Positions 25,882 to 32,000 of a stretch of DNA of 32,000 nucleotides are shown here, piece after piece. Origin of the DNA: Candidatus Saccharimonadota bacterium (lineage in GTDB: Bacteria > Patescibacteriota > Saccharimonadia > Saccharimonadales > UBA4665). The notes beneath the pieces were generated by a model. It saw nothing but the letters and a program-made list of their open reading frames with translations. It was not told the DNA's origin and made no database searches. Where the stretch lies: assembly GCA_963716945.1 (NCBI GenBank), contig OY970322.1, forward strand, positions 390,001-422,000. Reading direction: 5' to 3'. Positions within the stretch are counted from its first letter, which is position 1. Every line of letters starts with the position of its first letter. A program made the translations under genes and the position numbers.

Positions 25882-26433
25882 ATGAAAAAGTCTTTTCGGG
25901 GAAAGCTAGGCCTGTTCATGGTTATAGTATTGGCGGTTGTAGGCGGTGGTTTAACCGATTCTATAGTTAGGGCTGCCATACCTGATAGCAACGGAGTGAT
26001 ACATGCTTGTTATACGACCGGAGTCCTAGCTAAGGTAAAGATTATAGACAGTGCTACTCAAAGCTGTGGTCCTCTAGAAACACCGATTAGCTGGAGCCAA
26101 AGCGGCGGTTCATCTACTGCCTTAGTAAGCTTAAATGATGACGGTACTCTTAACACGCAGTACTCCAGAGGAGTCTCGAGCATTAAGCTTGTAAGAGATG
26201 GCACAAATCAAACCTATAATGTGTGTTTCGACCTTACTAGTCCACCGGTATGGGGCACAAGTAGTGGCGGAGGCTATGAATACGTTACCTCAAGCAGTAT
26301 CCCTACTGATGTATCACAGGTATCTCAGCTCTGTGGCGCAGGATATAATGCAGTAAGTACTTCTTGGGGAGACCCATCAGTTAACCCATACTCTTCCCCA
26401 TACTCCTCAATACGATATATATTCTGGAATTAG
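25882..26433 (+). CDS. Small secreted protein (183 aa), function unknown
   Basis: SD GGGGGAG lies 6 nt before the ATG. Signal-like LGLFMVIVLAVVGGG...VRA|A. The N-terminal motif 'IPDSNGVIHACY...C...ETPISWSQSGG' is one I recall at the start of many uncharacterised secreted bacterial proteins. The gene looks visibly more AT-rich than its neighbours. Stop is TAG. Confidence 0.75.
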   Translation: MKKSFRGKLGLFMVIVLAVVGGGLTDSIVRAAIPDSNGVIHACYTTGVLAKVKIIDSATQSCGPLETPISWSQSGGSSTALVSLNDDGTLNTQYSRGVSSIKLVRDGTNQTYNVCFDLTSPPVWGTSSGGGYEYVTSSSIPTDVSQVSQLCGAGYNAVSTSWGDPSVNPYSSPYSSIRYIFWN

Positions 26434-26522
26434 GAAGTGGGGACGGGTTTATCCACTCGAAAGCCCAGATTTAACCAATGTATTAGATGCCAAACCGTAG
26501 CAAGTTTGACATCAATAAATGC

Positions 26523-26551
26523 TTGACCGCCTCTGTTAAGTTTGGTAAGAT
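26523..26551 (+). promoter_or_regulatory. Candidate rRNA promoter TTGACC-17 nt-TAAGAT, with a second TTGACA at 26506-26511
   Basis: Hexamers and spacing were read directly. It lies about 370 nt upstream of the 23S 5' end. The leader downstream holds several hairpins, for example GGATCATCT/AGATGATCC at about 26713-26745. Confidence 0.4.
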
Positions 26552-26855
26552 AGTTACTGGCTTGAGTTTAGGTCAGGGCTAGTCAGTCACCTAAGCGGCA
26601 AGAAGAGCTAAACGTAAACTCAAGCCTCCAAGGATTCAGATGGGCGTACGTTTGTATGTACGCCAACATCAATAGGACAATCCAGCTTGAGTTTCGCAAC
26701 TTAAAAATTTGGCAACGGATCATCTAAATTGAACCTTTAAGATGATCCAAGTAAAGATAAGCAATTAAGCGAATTGCCCGGTGTATATGGCACCGCAAGC
26801 AATTTGCTATTTAAGACAAACGGCTATGGTTCTCACGGGTAGCGATACCTGTTAG

Positions 26856-26877
26856 ACACCAATAACCAGTCAATTGC
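26856..26877 (+). other. 5' arm of the 23S processing stem; pairs with 30145-30166
   Basis: acaccaataaccagtcaattgc is complementary to gcaattggctggttattggtgt, with 22 bp and one A/G position (an A-G mismatch at RNA level). Outer arms aagacaaacg and cgtttgtctt extend the helix. This is the typical RNase III-type bracket around a 23S. Confidence 0.8.
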
Positions 26878-26920
26878 ACCGGTCTAGAACGACTCCTCAC
26901 CGAGCCCGTTTTAGACCAAT

Positions 26921-30104
<3,184 letters not shown>

Positions 30105-30144
30105 ACCTTTGATTCGCTTCGTTTACGGAGTTGGATCAAAGGTA

Positions 30145-30166
30145 GCAATTGGCTGGTTATTGGTGT
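30145..30166 (+). other. 3' arm of the 23S processing stem
   Basis: See 26856-26877. Confidence 0.8.
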
Positions 30167-30340
30167 TTAGCACCGATTACAGTCGTTTGTCTTAATTGGC
30201 ATATTTCAAACATTTGAACTACGGCCTAAACACGGCCTACGTCCAAACGTTTGAAAACGCCGCGTGAGCTGATCTTTAAGCCGTGATTTTGTAATCAATG
30301 GACACCGATCAGGCGTCTCATCTACGGAGAGACGACCTGA

Positions 30341-30452
30341 TTGGTGCCCATAGCCCGAGGGCAACACCTGTTCCCATGCCGAACACAGCAGTTAAGCCTC
30401 GGAGCGGTTACAATACTTGGGGTCCACCCCTGGGAAAATAGCACGGTGCCAA
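30341..30452 (+). rRNA. rrf: 5S ribosomal RNA
   Basis: ttggtgcccatagc...cctgttcccatgccgaacacagcagttaagc...ggggtccacccctgggaaaatagcacggtgccaa matches the 5S consensus (CCCATGCCGAAC.CAG.AGTTAAGC). The terminal helix pairs ttggtgcc with ggtgccaa using two G-U pairs. Confidence 0.9.
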
Positions 30453-30462
30453 ATTTTGAAGA

Positions 30463-30493
30463 AGACTTCCGAAAGGAGGTCTTTTTCTTTTTT
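30463..30493 (+). terminator. Rho-independent terminator of the rRNA unit
   Basis: Stem agacttcc (30463-30470) pairs with ggaggtct (30475-30482) around a gaaa loop, followed by ttttcttttttg. Confidence 0.75.
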
Positions 30494-30512
30494 GAGGGGG
30501 TCTTATTGATAC

Positions 30513-31118
30513 CTAATAATTCCGCGCCGGCAGGCGGGCCTGCAGGTCGTCGAAGGCCGCTTGGCTGACTTCGCCCATGGGGTAGGCGCCGGTGGCTACG
30601 TCCCTGACCGTAGTCGCCAGCCAGCGGTGTGTCAAGGCGGCCCCGGCCGCCGGGGCCGGCTCGGCCATATGGGGGACGTGCGCTATCTGCCGGAATACGA
30701 GCGAGCCGGCCCCGAAGCCGTCGGCGTAAACCGGGCTGAAGGGGAAGTATTGGGCCAGGTCGCCGCGTTCGCCGAAAAACCCCGGGCCGCCGTAGCCCTC
30801 CGGTTCGAATTGGCCCAAGGTTAAACAGATGACAGGGTCGCTGTCATTAGGGAAGCGGTCCAGCCGCCCGAACGAGGTTATGTGGTGCCGGCGATGGTGG
30901 TGGGTTTCCCTGGAGGCCGCGATTCCCATAGCGTGGGCAGTCCGGGTTACCGCGTCCGACGCCTCGTGGCAGGCTTGGGAGCGGTGGATTGAGGCCGGTT
31001 TCTTGTTGCCGGGCTCCGCCAGGCCCAGCAGGGCCATCGTTTCCAGCAGCGCGTAAGCCTTAGCCATAATCTCGGCGGCGGCATCGTGATCGTTGACACC
31101 GATGGTTGTCTCGCTCAT
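30513..31118 (-). CDS. Hypothetical protein (201 aa), no family recognised
   Basis: ATG at 31118 and TAG at 30513-30515. Minus-strand TACAAT (plus-strand 31127-31132) lies 8 nt upstream of the ATG, with no SD. GC-rich codon usage. His-rich 'ETHHHRRHH'. The antisense track ORFs are shorter. Confidence 0.65.
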   Translation of the reverse strand: MSETTIGVNDHDAAAEIMAKAYALLETMALLGLAEPGNKKPASIHRSQACHEASDAVTRTAHAMGIAASRETHHHRRHHITSFGRLDRFPNDSDPVICLTLGQFEPEGYGGPGFFGERGDLAQYFPFSPVYADGFGAGSLVFRQIAHVPHMAEPAPAAGAALTHRWLATTVRDVATGAYPMGEVSQAAFDDLQARLPARNY

Positions 31119-31167
31119 GGCCGTGAATTGTAGCAGTTGCGGCGGCTGCCAACAACCCGAAATTTTA

Positions 31168-31196
31168 TTGACATGAGCGGGTTAGCGTGGTATCAT
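31168..31196 (+). promoter_or_regulatory. Candidate promoter TTGACA-17 nt-TATCAT for the KGG gene
   Basis: TTGACA at 31168-31173, a 17-nt spacer, and TATCAT at 31191-31196, about 100 nt upstream of ATG 31297. Confidence 0.45.
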
Positions 31197-31296
31197 AAGC
31201 ATGATTTCGAAAGAAATTAAGAGGGTTTTTGCCCGTTCGCGGGCAGGAGCCTTTTTTATTTCCTCGAGAGGCTAATAAAGTAAGGGAGTAACCACA

Positions 31297-31494
31297 ATGG
31301 CAGGAACTAAAGCTGGCGGCCGTGCCGCCGCCGCAACCAACAAGACCAAATATGGCGCGGATTTCTACGCCAAGATTGGTGCCAAGGGCGGTAGGCTCGG
31401 CCGGACCGGTGGCTTCTACGCCAACCGCGAACTGGCCCGAGCAGCCGGTGCCAAGGGCGGCCGCATCTCGCGGCGCACCAAGAAAAGCGCCTAA
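31297..31494 (+). CDS. KGG-repeat general stress protein (GsiB/YciG-like), 65 aa
   Basis: Canonical SD AAGGGAG lies 8 nt before the ATG. Two 'FYAKIGAKGG' / 'ELARAAGAKGG' units match the KGG stress-protein repeat (compare GsiB 'EFYQEIG.KGGEA'). Stop is TAA. Confidence 0.8.
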   Translation: MAGTKAGGRAAAATNKTKYGADFYAKIGAKGGRLGRTGGFYANRELARAAGAKGGRISRRTKKSA

Positions 31495-31520
31495 GCCTGA
31501 GGCTTAAGGACCTTTTTGCG

Positions 31521-31548
31521 ACAAGCCCCCGCTTGAGCGGGGGCTTGT
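31521..31548 (+). terminator. Perfect 12-bp hairpin between convergent genes
   Basis: acaagcccccgc (31521-31532), loop ttga, gcgggggcttgt (31537-31548), followed by tgtttgg, which is only a weak U-tract. Confidence 0.6.
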
Positions 31549-31562
31549 TGTTTGGCGAGGGT

Positions 31563-32000
31563 TTAGAGGGCGGCGGCCGAAGTTTGCGGCACGTCTTTAC
31601 GGCGGCGGTAGGCCCGGCAGAAGCGGCTGGCCGTCACCCGCCAGGTGGTGTGGCAATTAAAACAACGATAATGGATAAAATCCCCCTGTTGGAGACATTT
31701 GGTAGAGCAGGTCGGGCAGATGCTGCGTTTGTACAGCCAATCGCGGTAGGTGTCGAGACAATCCTGGATATGGTCTTCGTCAATCGCCAGGCCCAAGCCG
31801 GCCGCCAGGCCGCGGGCTTTCTCCCAGGCGGCAACTTCCAGTTTGAGCAATTCGAAATCGGCCTTGTAGCTGCGGTGGTCGAGCAGGGCGTGGCCGGTTT
31901 CGTGCAGCAGTGACCAGACGGCGCGTTGGCCGCCGGCCTCGGCCCTATAGAATATTTCACCGGTTTCCGGCGACCAGTAAAACTGCCGGCCGGGGGTGAA
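31563..32000 (-). CDS. HExxH metallopeptidase (ImmA/IrrE-like) with a C-terminal CxxC...CxxC zinc ribbon; N-terminus lies outside the window
   Basis: My own translation of the minus strand shows the frame of track ORF 31563-31850 stays open to nt 32000: FTPGRQFYWSPETGEIFYRAEAGGQRAVWSLLHETGHALLDHRSYKADFE|LLKLEV... It contains HETGH. The C-terminus has CPTCSTKC...CFNCH. Stop is TAA at 31563-31565. Confidence 0.75.
   Translation of the reverse strand, partial: FTPGRQFYWSPETGEIFYRAEAGGQRAVWSLLHETGHALLDHRSYKADFELLKLEVAAWEKARGLAAGLGLAIDEDHIQDCLDTYRDWLYKRSICPTCSTKCLQQGDFIHYRCFNCHTTWRVTASRFCRAYRRRKDVPQTSAAAL

Noticed and set aside
30561-31056. Plus-strand ORFs 30561-30824 and 30829-31056, antisense to 30513-31118.
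   Set aside because: They are shorter, split into two pieces and Arg/Gly/Trp-rich. The single 201-aa minus-strand frame has a plausible promoter and start arrangement. Neither strand has a recognisable family, so confidence in the minus-strand call is only moderate.
31201-31275. A 24-codon mini-ORF (MISKEIKRVFARSRAGAFFISSRG) and a hairpin (TGCCCG ttcg CGGGCA + T-run) in the 5' region of the KGG gene, as a possible leader peptide or attenuator.
   Set aside because: The ATG lies only about 4 nt after the proposed -10 box. The hairpin is short (6 bp) and separated from the T-run by 6 nt. The evidence is too weak to call.
31533-31960. Track ORFs 31533-31913 + (126 aa) and 31634-31960 - (108 aa).
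   Set aside because: Both overlap the minus-strand frame that carries an HExxH motif and a CxxC...CxxC zinc ribbon and stays open to the window edge. Their own translations are featureless and Ala/Gly/Pro-rich.

Overview
The window comes from a moderately GC-rich bacterial genome. Coding regions are G/C-rich at third codon positions and intergenic regions are sharply AT-rich. Nt 1-26433 is an almost uninterrupted block of cell-envelope genes. It holds three giant fibre-like surface proteins: A (partial, <1-2646), B (3728-10162, 2144 aa) and C (19778-25786, 2002 aa). A 327-aa miniature version lies on the minus strand (11040-12023). All four end in the same ~115-aa C-terminal domain (...Y.(W/F)NYF.AQ). 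Two paralogous membrane proteins sit directly behind giants A and B. A six-gene co-directional set (12806-19441) encodes four secreted beta-rich subunit-like proteins, a DUF916-like C-terminally anchored protein and a PKD-domain anchored protein. I read this set as a candidate undescribed fibre/fimbria assembly module. Giants A and C share perfectly identical DNA tracts of 412 bp and 563 bp at one constant offset (21217 nt), separated by diverged sequence, which is a gene-conversion mosaic. Nt 26921-30452 is a 23S-5S rRNA unit with no 16S upstream, a long processing stem and about 260 nt of extra 23S sequence. The right flank (30513-32000) is more GC-rich. It carries a hypothetical gene, a KGG-repeat stress protein and a partial HExxH (ImmA/IrrE-like) peptidase with a zinc ribbon. 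Four window-wide oddities stand out. None of the 17 stop codons is TGA. Several start codons lie 5-10 nt after a -10 box, suggesting leaderless mRNAs. The giants have CA-rich leaders without a Shine-Dalgarno (SD) sequence. An identical 12-mer containing a perfect DnaA-box sequence occurs in two intergenic regions. The lineage cannot be fixed without 16S. Giant fibre genes, an unlinked and expanded 23S, and frequent SD-less starts would fit a Patescibacteria/CPR-like or other monoderm organism, but that is speculation. No CRISPR array, tRNA or transposase was recognised.
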